Source of the DNA: Amoebidium appalachense
Lineage: Eukaryota > Protista > Ichthyosporea
Direction: 5' to 3'
Assembly: GCA_963693365.1 (NCBI GenBank)
Contig: CAVNZM010000011.1
Location: 682,001 to 746,000 of the forward strand
Length of the DNA: 64,000 bases
Shown piece by piece: positions 1-13,276 of this stretch. A program made the translations under genes and the position numbers. The notes under the pieces were generated by a model. That model had not been told where the DNA came from and ran no database searches. It saw nothing but the letters and a program-made list of their open reading frames with translations. How positions within the stretch are numbered: position 1 is the first letter of the stretch; every line of letters begins with the position of its first letter.

Positions 1-283
1 TCGATGGGTGGGTGTTTGTGTGTGTATGGATGTGTGGGATGCGAACTTCTATATTAGCTGTGCAGTGAATACGTGCAACATTCCGAGTGGCCCTGGACCT
101 TGTTGGCTCCAGTCTTGCACTACGATCCCGTGTAGCCGGGAAAGCACCTGCTCTATGCTTGCTGATCTCTAGCCAATCATATTGCCCAGTGGCTCGATTG
201 GCTCGCGTGATTTTTGCACTTTGAGTCGCCGGCCCATTCTGTTTCTTGATGCATTCATGTTAGCCCCATTCCCATCCTACTCC

Positions 284-315
<32 letters not shown>

Positions 316-499
316 ATACACACACACATACACCACGATCACCACCACCACCACTACCACCAATTATGCAAATGTTTGTAGGGCAGTGAACTTGTGCAAT
401 GTCCCCCCCCCCCCCCCTCCCCCCCGTTTCCCGAAACCAAGTATTCAATTGCCTGTACGGCTGTGAACTGGTGCACTGTGTTCTCATCCCCCCCTCCAG

Positions 500-1063
500 C
501 TATGACCGCCGGGTGCTCCACATTCAGGCCCTGCAGGCCAACCCCGCCACCTTCGTCACTGAGCCCGAGGATGCGTAGGCCTCCCCTCTCCCTTCCCTCG
601 TTCACAAGAAAGCCCTTACATTCATATACTCCCCCCCCCCCCCCCCCCCCCCCCGCCCCCTTTACCTCCCCTCCCCCCCATACATCCCCCCCCCCCCCCC
701 CCCCGCGCGCCTTCCCTCGGACCGACGCACCCATTCATCCTCCAACCTTTCTCACTTCACTTTCTACCAGTAAAGGACACGCTTACACCAAACAAAAGAC
801 AGGGTCAATCCCCACACAGTCTTTTTCCTCCCCTCCACCCACGACTGTCCCTCTGCCCACCTGAATCTTTTTGCAGCTACATGTTGGGTGCCCTCGCCGG
901 CTTCCACATTTGCATGCACCAGTGCTGAGCTTGTTGATACAGGGATGACTATGGGGCCTGGGAGAAGGGCATCAACCTAGACCAGCGCACAGATGAAATT
1001 GCTGCCCTGGTCTCCGAGTCAAGTGCACTCAGAGCCGCACAGGCAAACCTGGGTACGTGCTGC

Positions 1064-1095
<32 letters not shown>

Positions 1096-1113
1096 CCCCC
1101 TTCCCCCGGGGCC

Positions 1114-1185
<72 letters not shown>

Positions 1186-1803
1186 TGGGCACACGCACAC
1201 ACACGGCTCTCGTTTCCCTCGGATACGGAGGTCCCTCCTCCTCCCCCCACCATCTGCATAATGCGCAGCATCACACCCAGGTATCCACACATGCACATCT
1301 GCCATACTCGACCTTACGCTGCTGCCCTCTCCCACCTGTCCTTCTATCTCCATACAGACAACAATGCAACTGTCACTTGTGCATGTGCACATGGGGATGG
1401 ATGATGATTTTCAGGACGACAGCACACTCTGCATGTGCATGCACACACAGCTACACACACACAGTTACGCATTTGAGTCCACCCACACCATACACACAGT
1501 TAAACACTGGAGTGCACACATTCCTAACCAAAACGGAGTGCATGCAGGCACACGGGCACAGTTACACACTTGGGCGTGTGCAGACACACACACTCAACGA
1601 CCAGTTGCATGCCTTGCAAAGTGCATACGAACACACATGCATAGCTTCACATTTGGGTGACACACACACACACACACACACAGTCTCACTTAAGTGCATG
1701 GAGACCAACTTCCACCCACACATACTGGCATAAGACCACGGTGTGCAGGCTTGTTCAGTTTTGGTGTACAGCAATGACGACGGAGTGGCAGAAAACGGAG
1801 GGT

Positions 1804-1843
<40 letters not shown>

Positions 1844-1988
1844 TAAGGGAGTTCAGTCAGGCTATATGCGAGGGATCTGGGGAGAGGCAGGGACCTGTTT
1901 TGTTGGGTTGGGGGTTAGGGGGAAGGGGGCATCTGCGGTGATTGTTAGTGCAGTTGAGAATATGTGGTTGAGTGGGGGGAAAGAAGAA

Positions 1989-2022
<34 letters not shown>

Positions 2023-2629
2023 GTTGGGAATGTTAGCTGATGATTGGTGCAGTGCCCAAGGTGATTTCTTACGATGACTTCTGGAAGAGATACTTCTACA
2101 AGGTGCCTGCATACACCCCCCTCCCCCCCCTTCCCCTCCCTCCCTTTTTTTTTTCCTTGTCCGCCTGTGTACCCCCGTGCCATCCTTCCTGTTCCCATTT
2201 CCAAACGTTATCGTGAAAATAACACTCTTTTTTGCACTGGATTCTGGATTGTGTCCTCCTCGGTTGAGTTCTCATGCCTCCACCTCCTCTACTTTGTCAC
2301 CATAGGCCCCATATGTGTTTCCCCGCCGATGTCTGACCTCATTGTTTGGAGTGTTAATCTTTAAAACGCCACAACTTTGTCACGGACACATGTCTGTTCT
2401 TTTGTGTTGTTTTTTTTATTTTTTATGAGTCTTTGCTTTCTGTCCTCCCGTTTGTTCCGGTAGGGTGGTGGTGGTGCTAGTGGCAATGGTCTTGTGTGTG
2501 TGCCTCTCTCTCTTCTCCCCCCCCCCCCCCCCCTCCCCCCCCCTCCTCTCCCTCCCTCCCTCCTTCCCTCCCACCCTCCCACCCACCCCCCTCCCTCCCA
2601 CCCACCCACCCACCCTCCCACCCCCACCC

Positions 2630-2671
<42 letters not shown>

Positions 2672-3137
2672 TCTCTCTGTGTGTGTGTGTGTGGTGTGGG
2701 TGTCTGCGACACAGGAGGGGAGGGGATTTGAAGCACGACAGAGTACAAGAGTATCAACGATTCATGACGAAGGATGGGGTAGCAAGCCAAAGTCTTTCTA
2801 GCCGAGCATTAGGTAAATGCAGGTTGTTGGGGATGTAGGACAAGCAGGAAGGAAGGGTGTGTGTGTGTGGTTGGTGTGTGTGGGGGGGGCATGGTGTGCT
2901 GACTCTGGCCGCAGGTGCACCTGTATGACGTGCAGGAGGCTCAGAGGGAGGACCTGAAAAAGAGTAAGAGCCCATACCACCCATTTTGGCCCCAATGTAA
3001 TTTGATTGGAGGAAAACGAAATTACAGTTATCCCCTTCTCTGTCCTTCAGCTTCCCCACCTACAGCCTCCCCCCCCCCCCCCCCCCCCCTTCCCACCCCT
3101 CTTCTCCGCATGCGCGCGCGCGCGTGCACAGACATGC

Positions 3138-3168
<31 letters not shown>

Positions 3169-3653
3169 TTCACTCACTCACGTGACCACCCCTGCAATGT
3201 GTCCACCTACGAATGCAGCCCCCCATCTCCCCCCATCCTCTTACCATCCGACCCTGCTACATTTACAGGTGAATAGCTGTTAGCCTGATTGGGATGGTTG
3301 GATGCAGCGATGCAGCATTTGTGCACTTAACCCAGAAGGGGCACAGTTTGCTAGCTGTCCCGGTGGGGGGGGGGGGGGGGGGAGGGGGGAGGGAAGAGGG
3401 AGGGGTGTGTGTGTGGGGGGTGGGGGGGAGGGGGGGGGGAGGGGGGGGGGAAGGGGAGGGCTGCTGTTTCAGGTGTGAGGCTGGGGCACTGTGCTGATAC
3501 CATAGGGGTCAATGCAGAGGTGCTGGAGGGTGGAGAGGAGCCACTGGGATGGGATGAGGAGGATGAGGGTGAGTGAAAACACAGGCACACATGTGTACAT
3601 GTCCATGGTCCCTTATACGTGCACGTACACACCCTTATACGTGCACGTACAGA

Positions 3654-3693
<40 letters not shown>

Positions 3694-4746
3694 CGTGCGT
3701 TGCGTGCGCGCGCGCGCGTGTGCGTGCGCGCGCGCGTGTGTGTGCGCGCGCGCGTGTGTGTGCAGGCGCGCGTGTGTGTGCGAGCGTGCGTGCGTGTGTG
3801 TGTGTGTGTGTGCACGCTTTTGTGTGCCCGTGTGCGTGTGCGTGTGCAAATGGTGTGTGTTTGTGTCTGATTTCCTGTGCTTATGTGTATTGTGTGTGTG
3901 TCTTTCGAAAAAAAAGGGGGGAGGGGAGGGAGGGCTTGGCTCTGCACACGGGAATGTCGGCACCTAGAGATGGATTTGCAGGAGCAGCGAGTAAGAGCTC
4001 CTATGGATAAGGGTCTGGGAGCAAGCAGCACCTTGAGGGTGGCAGAGAGCACGTGTACGGGGGTATGGTGTGCTGATGTGGATGGGGAGAGAGAGAGCGT
4101 GTGTATGTGTGTTGGTATGGTGTGCTGATGTGGAGGGAGAGAGAGCATATGTATGTGTGTTGGTATGGTGTGCTGATGGCCTTGTAAATGCAGAGGACAC
4201 TACCACAGAACTCAAGCCAAAGACAGACACAGCAGATCAGAAAGAGGCACAGGAGGAAGAAAGAGAGACTGAGGTGGGAGTAACCTTCGGCGGCGGCGGC
4301 AGGGGGGGGGGGGGGGGGAGGGGGCGGGGGGGAAGGGGGTGAGGGGGGGGATAACGGGCATGATCTATCCTCACCTCTGGGTGAAACGGTATGTGTGTGT
4401 GCATTCGTGTTTGTGTGTGAATGTGTGTGTGTGTGTGTGTAGGAGGGGAAGGGGGGGGGGGGGGGGGGGGGGGGGGGATAGCGACGGTGGTGGTGGTGGC
4501 GGTGGTGGGGGTAGGGGGGGGGGTTGGGGGAAGGGGGTTGATGGGTTTTGGATGTAGGGCGCTGGTGTTGCGTATTTAGCCAACGAAATGGCAGCCATGG
4601 CTGTAGGGTTTATTTCGACCCAGCCAGCACACACCTGTTTCCTGACCCAATCATATGCAGTCCACCAGCCAGCCCGACACAAAAGATCAGCACGAGACTA
4701 TCCAAGAGCCTCAGGCTGTGGACGATACAGACAAAACAGAGGTGAT

Positions 4747-4787
<41 letters not shown>

Positions 4788-4815
4788 AAAAAAAAAACCA
4801 CATGCACGCGCACAT

Positions 4816-4847
<32 letters not shown>

Positions 4848-5349
4848 CCTTCCTGCCTTCCCACCTGCTCGCCATGCCGCCTTCCCCTCCCATCCTCCTT
4901 GCACCTGCTTTCCCTGAAGAATGATTATTGCCGCCCGTTCCTCCTTTGTCCTTCATTCACGTGGCCTACATTCCATAGAATCCAGGGGCATGCATACGGC
5001 CGGTTGGTCCCTCTGTTGAGTGTTTTGCTGGATTGCACCATTGCGAAAAATCCCCATATGGCATTTCACGTCCAATCGAGCCACCTTTCATTCCCTATGC
5101 TAAACTGTTGGATCTTTGTGCAGGCATCGGCACAAAGTGAAACGTCAAACACACAAGCGGAAGAGAAGGTGGGTGTGGGGTTGTGAGGGGGCCATTGAAC
5201 GGGTGATGTTTAATCGTGTGTGGTTGTGCTGCTTGCACTCGCACAAGCAAGACCATTGGAGATTTGCGTTGAAGAGGGGAGGGAAGTTATCTGTGTGGAG
5301 GGATTTTCGGGATTGTCGGCTTGGGTGTGTGTCACGGTGCGTGTTGATG

Positions 5350-5423
<74 letters not shown>

Positions 5424-5446
5424 ATGTGTGTAAGTGCGTTTCTGTC

Positions 5447-5490
<44 letters not shown>

Positions 5491-5505
5491 CGTGCGCATG
5501 TGTGT

Positions 5506-5582
<77 letters not shown>

Positions 5583-5633
5583 GATGGATACGGGTGTGTG
5601 TATGTGTGTGTGTACATGTGTTGTGCGTGGATG

Positions 5634-5700
<67 letters not shown>

Positions 5701-5992
5701 CCGCGTGCTTGTGTGTGTGTGTTGATGGGTATCGGCATGTGTGTGTACGTGTGTCTCAGGTGTGGGTGGGTGTGTATGAATGTGAGTGCGGAAATGTGTG
5801 TGTTTGTGTGTGTGTGTCTGTGTGTGTGCATGTTTTTGAAGAGGAGAAGGGTGGGGGAGGAGGGCAACGGGCAAGAGGTTGTTTGTGTTCTACATGTGCC
5901 TTTGTGCGCACCTGGTCACTGCAGTTTCTGCTCGGTGAAATAATTAATACCAGGTGATTGCCTGAGCTGGCGATTTGCCCTTTTTTTTTTTT

Positions 5993-6046
<54 letters not shown>

Positions 6047-6549
6047 GGAGGGGGAAGGAATAGGGGGAGGTGATGGGGGGCTATGTGTGTGGATATTCAT
6101 TTTGTTTTGGTTTATCGACTTTTTTTTGCCCCAGGGGGGGCCGGGGGGGGGGGAGGGGGAAGTGGGGGGGGAGGGGGGGGGAGGGGGGGGGGGAGGGAGG
6201 GGGGGAGGGGCAGTCGTGTGTGTGGATGTTCATGTTGTTGTGGACGTCTGAGTGTACATGTGTGCTTGTATATGTGCATGCGTCTGTGAACACAAGCGTG
6301 GTGAGTGTGGCAGTCAGAAGTCTCAGTCGTGCTGGGGCAAGTTGTGTGGTCCGTCGGTGGCCGGGGTCTGCTGGTATTGGGGATGTGCAGGGTGAAGGGG
6401 AAGAGAGTCTCTTCATGCTAACATGGTTTGTTTGTGTTGGGGCAGACGGCACCACACCCTGGCCTGGCCAAAGTTCGTAGCAAGGTGGGTGTTTCTTGTT
6501 TCTTTTCTTCTTCTTCTTTTTTTTTTTCTTTCTTTCTTTCTTTCTTTTT

Positions 6550-6580
<31 letters not shown>

Positions 6581-6585
6581 GGGGG

Positions 6586-6629
<44 letters not shown>

Positions 6630-7137
6630 GGCGGGCTAAGCTCTTTTGTGTGTGGTTTGCGTGAGGGTTTGCGGGTCAGAGGGGACGTGGGGCAGGAGGA
6701 TGTGCCGGCCAATGAATGTAAAAGGGTGTTGGAAAGTGCGTTTGTGGTATGTGAAAGATTTGTGCGCATGTTGGTGCACTGGAGGTGAGGCCTCCCGGGA
6801 GGGGGGGAGGGGGGGGGAAAGGACATGAAACGGGTGCAAACAGCTACTATCAGACTTTTTGATTCACGGGAGGCACTGTGAGCTTGTGCTGCACTCTGTG
6901 GCAACCCTCCCCCCCCCCCCCCACCCCCCCCTCCTCCCAATACAACACACATGCAAAACACAGACCTTCGCCCCCCACCTCCATCCCCCCCCCTCCCCCC
7001 CGGAAAGCCCGTCACGGCGTCACCTCCACCACCACCCTCTCCTGCCAAAAGAGACGGCCAAACGATCAATACCAGCACACTAGCTGACAAGCAAACACGT
7101 GCAGGAGGATGGGGACGATTGGGACAGCTGGGAGTGA
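500..7137 (+). CDS. BSDC1: BSD domain-containing protein 1 homologue (multi-exon; 5' exons lie upstream of the window)
   Basis: Phase-consistent GT-AG exons: 500-574 ([24 protein letters not shown]), 943-1052 ([36 protein letters not shown]), 2053-2102 ([17 protein letters not shown], the BSD FW..YFY signature), ~2914-2962 ([16 protein letters not shown]), ~3518-3569 ([11 protein letters not shown]). Acidic exons follow at ~4194, ~4661 and ~5124, with tentative ones at ~6446 and ~6696. The last exon 7105-7137 reads [10 protein letters not shown], matching the BSDC1-type acidic W..WE C-terminus. Confidence 0.85.
4062..4177. repeat. Intronic tandem repeat, ~50-bp unit, ~2.3 copies
   Basis: GGTATGGTGTGCTGATG recurs at ~4062, ~4114 and ~4161, separated by GAGAGAGAGC...TATGTGTGTT. 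Confidence 0.75.
5353..5830. repeat. Compound (GT)n/(GC)n microsatellite block, representative of dozens of (CA)n/(GT)n and G/C homopolymer tracts in the window
   Basis: Directly visible. Similar blocks at 1115-1180, 3657-3850, 15527-15633, 17667-17770, 24627-24755, 41551-41742, 50168-50254 and 62917-63040. Confidence 0.95.
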
Positions 7138-8580
7138 TGCGATCCAACCACCCCACCCGTCCTCCCTCATCTTCCGAGGCCTGCGGGAACGTACAGAAAG
7201 TATGAAGCAGCTATTGTATGGTTGTGAATAGGTCTGAATGTGCTCGTTTCTGGCTGTGCTTTTGAGGTGCATTAAGTGGCCCTGGCCCACATGCTATCAG
7301 GTTTTGAAGCTGTTGGTGCAGGTTTGCTGCAGCCGGTATCCGTCAGTTTTCAAGGGGTGCCAGCGGCTAGGTTTCTTTACAGTCATAGTCCATGATTGCT
7401 TCTTTCTCCCTCTCCGTCCTTTTCTTTTTAATATTATTGTTGATGTTATTGCTTTTCTATTTTTTTATTGGTTAAGGGCGGCGACAAGGGGGGAAGGGGG
7501 AGGGGAGTTAACTTAAGTTGCAGACAGGGATGGGCTGGGGTAGGGTGGGGCTGGGGTGGAGAGGGTGGGAGGCAGTGGGGATGAAAGGAGAAAGTGAAGA
7601 TTCTCTTAACACCTGTAACAATCATACATGCAGCTGCCTAATAATAATATCCTGGCAGCACTACAGAGTACTGTGAAACTACCTGCGTATGCACCACATA
7701 GTATGTGAATGCACCTGCACGACCCCGCTCTGGCATTCAGTTGATGCAATATGAATTGGTTATGCTCTTAGCGCAGGCTGTGTTGCCATTGCCCTGATGT
7801 TTATGGCACGCATGTATTGGCAGGGATAAACTGCCAGCTGCAGGCCACCCATATGCTTCGCTCCTTACACCTTGTGCAAGGCAGTCCCTGTCTACCGCAC
7901 TGAGAGTGGGTGACAAGGTGGTTCGCTTATCACATACGAAAGCATGCGTACGAAAACACGGAATGGACACACAAGGAACGTCGAATGCAATAGTGGCGCC
8001 GGGCTTAGTAATGGCCGTGCACACCATGCATCCAATAGCTGCAATTTCAAGTTGTGTGGAGCCGCCCTCGAGCTCATGTAGTGTAGTGCATTAGTTTTCT
8101 GAATCCGGAAACCAAGGTTGGAAAGGCTCGCACTATAATTGGGGTTCTAGGTGTTTAGAACAAGGCGCACTAAGCTTGAGCTGAGCTCATGATCAAAGTT
8201 CCCCTACTAAACGTCGCGATCGGTTGCCTCCGTGAAGCCAACAAAAAACCATCTACTGAACGGCGGCGGCTTGCAAGGCACAAAGCTGAAAAAGTGTGCT
8301 AGCCTTGCTCCCCCCTATTGTCTGCCACCTACTGAGATGGCTCCTTATTTTTCCTTACACCATCAGCGAACACTGGACTCTATCGAACCGTCGAGGCGCC
8401 GCGACAGAAAGCATGTACGCGGTCGCGAGAGTGTAAGAAAAAATCGGACGAACGTAAAGTTCATCGCAGCGCGTGCACACCGTCAGTACGTGTGAGCCCT
8501 ATTGTACACCTCTGTTGGTCACCTGGTGGAGTCTTGCGAGTGCACTTATGCTGCCTTCAAGACCACACGAATTCTGATCA

Positions 8581-9276
8581 GATTGGCGTTTCAAGGCGCC
8601 AACAGCGGAATTTGTTGGTGGCATTCAAACAATCCCAAGTATGAAGATATTCTATGCCACCATTTCCTGAAACATTCCCATACATCAAATTATAGAACTC
8701 AAACCAGAGGATGCACATTAGACTTATAGGTGGCCTTGGCTACAATAGTAAGCATTTACAGTTGCAGTGGGAGAGCAAATGCAATGATCAGTCAGGCCCA
8801 CATGCACACTCAGAGCGAATGAGCATGGGCTTTGCATTCCAGCACAGGAATGATAATGAGCCAATAACAACAGTCACATGCACCAAACGCCTGCACTGCA
8901 ACAGGCAGGCTATTTCTAAACAGAGCCTTCTGAAGGGTTATTGCCATTATTTATAAAACAGTTCCTTAACTTGAAAAAAAGAGGTTATATACGCATGATG
9001 TTCAAGAGCCAATCTAAACCCTGCTATTCGCTATGGCTGTGTATTCTGGATTGGGTATTTTAGTGACCTGACACTTAGCCAATGAATGACACGAATGTGC
9101 TTTCTTTCAAGGTCTATTTTTTGCGCTATGCTGTGTGAACAACATGGTGGGACTTATAGATAAACTACAGATTAAATATATTAATTTATAATGCCAATGT
9201 ATGACTTTCCTCACTTATTTTGAATGAGCCTGCACATTGTTGCTCGAACCACGCTATGTGGTCAACGAGAGCCAAT
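8581..9276. promoter_or_regulatory. Cluster of CCAAT boxes upstream of TEAD
   Basis: CCAAT/ATTGG at 8582, 8861, 9009, 9050, 9079, 9194 and 9272, mostly in (A)GCCAAT NF-Y-like context, in microsatellite-free DNA 370-1060 bp upstream of the TEAD ATG. Confidence 0.4.
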
Positions 9277-9645
9277 CATAAGGATTATTTGGAGGCGTGC
9301 AAATCAGGAACACTCGTTGAAGGCTAAAGAATATAAAAACATAACTTTAGCTATAATATTGTCATAAATTACATCTATTATTATTCTATTTATTAATATT
9401 TTAATTATTGTTTGGCTTACTGATAGCTTATATAAATGTATATTTAGTACGCTTCTGACACTATTTTTACCGCGCTTCAGTTTCTTTGTGAGGGGGCAAA
9501 ACGAACAACAGGCACACATACCATAGGCCATTCCTCCCGTGTCCGTTTGCATAGCAGACATACCGCACTGCCTGAACGGAACGCTTGGAACGCAGCGGGT
9601 AGCCCCTTGCCCTGTGGTTTCTATAAACCTCACACACACAATAGA

Positions 9646-10853
9646 ATGTCCGAAAACGAGAGTGCTACAGACGACTCCGTGTGGAGCAAGGATATCGAAG
9701 ATGCCTTTGAAGAAGCGCTGGCTATCTACCCGCCGTGCGGCAGGAGAAAGATTATCTTGTCAGACGAGGGCAAGATGTATGGTAGGTGGCAAACTGGTTT
9801 ATACAAAGTGCTTGAGTGTGGGTGGTGTCTAAGCAAGAGAAAGCTGCTGTTGTACGTTTATACGGAGTTTACTGGGTTGGCATTTAACATGCACGAAAGA
9901 ATATAGTAAGTACTTTGGCGAATAGTATAGGCAAGAAGTGAACGGGGTGTTCTGCGCTTCCCCCACCTTGCAGTGTTGATATTGCCTGTCAAACCACCTC
10001 TATAGGTGAAATATTGGGATGACAAGGAGTCTATGAGAGTTTTTCTCTTTGTGTTCCTGACTTGCACTTTCTTGCTGTATGGGCCAAAATGTGAAGCCGC
10101 ATTCAGGTCCCTGCACCGTTCGCTGCTGCTATCAATCCTGGAAATCTCCCCATTCTTCAACCTTTTTCTCTCCCTACCTCTCCCCCCCCCCTCCCTCTCT
10201 CGCTCCCTCCCTCCCTCCCTCCCTCCCTCCTTCCCTGCCTGGTTTCCTTTCCTCGGCTCCTCGTTTTGCCATTCTGCTCCCACTCACCAAGAATCACTGG
10301 CAGGGCGCAACGAGCTAATTGCCCGCTACATCAAGATGAGAACGGGCAAGAGTCGGTCGCGCAAGCAGGTGTCCAGCCATATTCAAGTGCTCGCCCGTAA
10401 GAAGCAAAGAGAGCTCTCCCTCAAGCTGAAGGTGTGTTTTATTAACTCTGTACACCCCAATACTTGTCTTATTATTAGCTACAACCCGAACTAATAACTT
10501 CCCGTAGTAAATATAGCTTGTCCGTGCCTTGTGAAAACTTGTACACCCCACCATTCTCTCTCACGGTAGAGCGTGACGTAAACCAGTCCCCTCCTTGTCG
10601 TTCTAACCCTCATTTTTTCCAGCACTGTGACGACACTATCCGCAAGACTGCCCTTGAGAACCTCGCCACTATGTCCTCTGCGCAGATCGTGTCAGCTACC
10701 ATGGGCCTAGGGGGGGCTGGAAATGGGGACGAGATGTCACCGCCTATGGGCCGTATGCCCAAGGAAGACCCCTATTGGGACCACCCCAGCCAGCGCCCAC
10801 CCCACGACTACGGGTATGTGCAGTCGGGTGTGCTTTTTGTTGTGGTGGGGGAA

Positions 10854-10893
<40 letters not shown>

Positions 10894-12662
10894 AGGGGAG
10901 GCCCTTCTTGTGCTTGTTCTTTTTCTTGTGGGGAGGGGGGAATGGGACGGTGCAAATACAAGACTAAGTGGCTGTTGGGTGTGTGTTCAAGTATCTAGGT
11001 GTGTCTCTAGTTCACACAACTGACCACTTTTGTGTCTCCGTGCAGTGGTAGCCCCTACTACGGGGGGCCACCCCGAGACCTCTACCAGCCACCCATGTAT
11101 GGTGGCGGCCCACCCATGGGCATGGGGATGGGTGGCTATGGGCGGCCCATGGGAGGTGGGGGCGGCTACGGGGGGGTGCCGGGGCACTACGGCATGCAGC
11201 GCAACAGCCTGGTGCCTGCCGTCAGCCTGCCCCCAGACCACAGGCTGTGCATGATGGACTTCAACGCCTTCCTGGAGTACCGCTGGGGAGACACGGACCA
11301 GGTATGCACAGGGGGTGGGGTGTGTGTGTGGGGGGGGGGGGGGGGGGGGGGGGATATCTAGGGCAGTGGGTGTCCTCTTGCACACAAGAAGTGGAGGAAA
11401 TTAGCCCAGCTACAGTAAAAAGACAGACAAGAGACAAGAAAAGGCCCCACACAAAGTTACTTTGCTTGGTGCTGACTGGGTGGTGCAGTTCCACAAGCAC
11501 TCGTTTGTGCGGCTGACGGGGCTGGAGCTGTTCAAGGACCCGGACATGGAGTGTGTGGATATACGGCAGATATATGACAAATTTCCGGGCCTGAGGGAGC
11601 TGTATGCTCAGGGCCCCAAGCACTGCTTCTATCTTGTTAAGTTCTGGGTACGTGCCCCCCCCCCCCCCCCCCATCTGTAAGCACATACGCATTTTCCGCT
11701 GCACTGCATTAGTTTGCACACACATATTCACCGTTTTGCTCACCTTGCTTGCATAAGCAACCCTGCTCGTCTTTGATCAAGACGGGTTGACCCTCCCAAG
11801 TTCAGTTGATGCTGCTGTCTGAGTTGGGGAGTCGTATATACGCGGGCTAAGGGGTCGAAACTCAAACGCAATTGATGACTTGGGCCCTCCCTGAGGATGG
11901 GCTCTGCTTATGACGCATACTGTGCGCATGGCTGATGTTGCATACTTAAATGTTTGCCTTTGCATGTGTCCTTCGTGTATGCATACTTCGTACCGTGTTC
12001 CGCATTCAACCCCCCCTCCCCCCCCCCGGGGGGGGGGGGGGGGGGGGGGGGGGCTTCTTGTATTGTCATAGTGATTTCCAGGATCATGCACGTGCAGTGG
12101 ACTGACACAGGGCTGTGCAGGCGGACCTCAGCTACACGCTGCCTGTGGGGGGTGAGAGGGAATACTTCATGCAGTCACGGTTCGACTCCACTGAGCCCAT
12201 GCACATCCAGTGCTCTAGCAGGGTCTGCAGCTTCGGCAAACAGGTCGTCGACAAGGTCCAGGTACGGTGCCCATACTTGGATATGCTTGGCTGGGCCACT
12301 GTTGCACGATTAACACGATGACACTTAGCTGTAAGAGTATGTCTATCCATGTGAAGCCTCATGCTGTGCCGGGAACGTACTGTGTGCATGCAGGAATATG
12401 TCTTCTGGCCTGACCCTGTGTTTTTTTTCCAGGAGCCCGTGGCGCCGTCGTACGACAACAGCACGGGGCTGTACAACTACCGGTTTGTGCGCACACACAT
12501 CTGCGAGTACATGACGTCATTCATCGAGAAGCTCAAGAGCCTGGACAGCCCCGAGATGATGAACTCGGTCCTGGAGAACTTCAGTGTCCTGCAGGTGGGC
12601 ATTTTTTTGTTTTTGTTTTTATTATTTTATTTATTTGTTAATTTATATACTAGAGTTTATTT

Positions 12663-12706
<44 letters not shown>

Positions 12707-12997
12707 TTTTGGGGGGGGGGGGGGGGGAGAAGAAGAGAAGCACCACTTTTCTGTATCTGTCTGTTGGCATATGTAACTTTTAGCTTAGTCGTATTCCGGA
12801 GTCAAATGGGTGACTAAACAGTGATAGTGCCTTGGTTGGGATATGCACACACGGTGAGCAGGCTAGAGCTAAGTCACTGGGAGTGATTTGCACTTTGCCG
12901 TGAAAGTTTCAAGAGTCTTTGTTTTTGCTTATCGTTGGATGCTCTGTATTGTTTGTCGATGTGTACTGTGCTCCACACTGGGTGATGCTTGGGATCC

Positions 12998-13033
<36 letters not shown>

Positions 13034-13276
13034 ACAACATCAACAACAGCCAGAATCACCATGCCACCCAACTACAAGCACACAGATGCGCACATGGACT
13101 CTCATGTGTCCCAATGCACCCATGGGCTATGTGATTGTGCTGACTTGTGGTGGTGCGTGCAGGTTGTGACGGAGATGAAGACAGGGCAGGTGCTGTTCTG
13201 TGTGGCCTACGTGTTTGAGGTCAGCACGGACCACGGCCCACAGCACCACATATACCGCCTAGTCGAGGACAACTGA
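9646..13276 (+). CDS. TEAD: TEAD/Scalloped transcription factor (TEA DNA-binding domain + YAP-binding domain), 8 exons
   Basis: Exons 9646-9781, 10304-10431, 10623-10813, 11046-11301, 11489-11647, 12121-12261, 12433-12594 and 13163-13276 splice in frame. TEA domain: [71 protein letters not shown]-binding domain: [76 protein letters not shown]. Confidence 0.97.
11746..12009 (+). mobile_element. Dispersed structured repeat (poly-C-anchored family), long copy A, in a TEAD intron
   Basis: Shares GCATAAGCAACCCTGCTCGTCT, GGTCGAAACTC, GGGCCC..CCTGAGGATGGGCTCTGCTTAT and the 3' end TACTTCGTAC..CGCATTCAA-(C)n with copies at 17269-17444 (-), 38554-38769, 59488-59683 and 62152-62264. Confidence 0.8.

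Noticed and set aside
11870-11915. TGATGA...CTGA in the dispersed repeat as a C/D snoRNA or SECIS element
   Set aside because: The boxes are only ~12 nt apart and box C is not conserved across copies (GGATGA). There is no SECIS AA loop or GA quartet partner, and the copies behave like truncated mobile elements.
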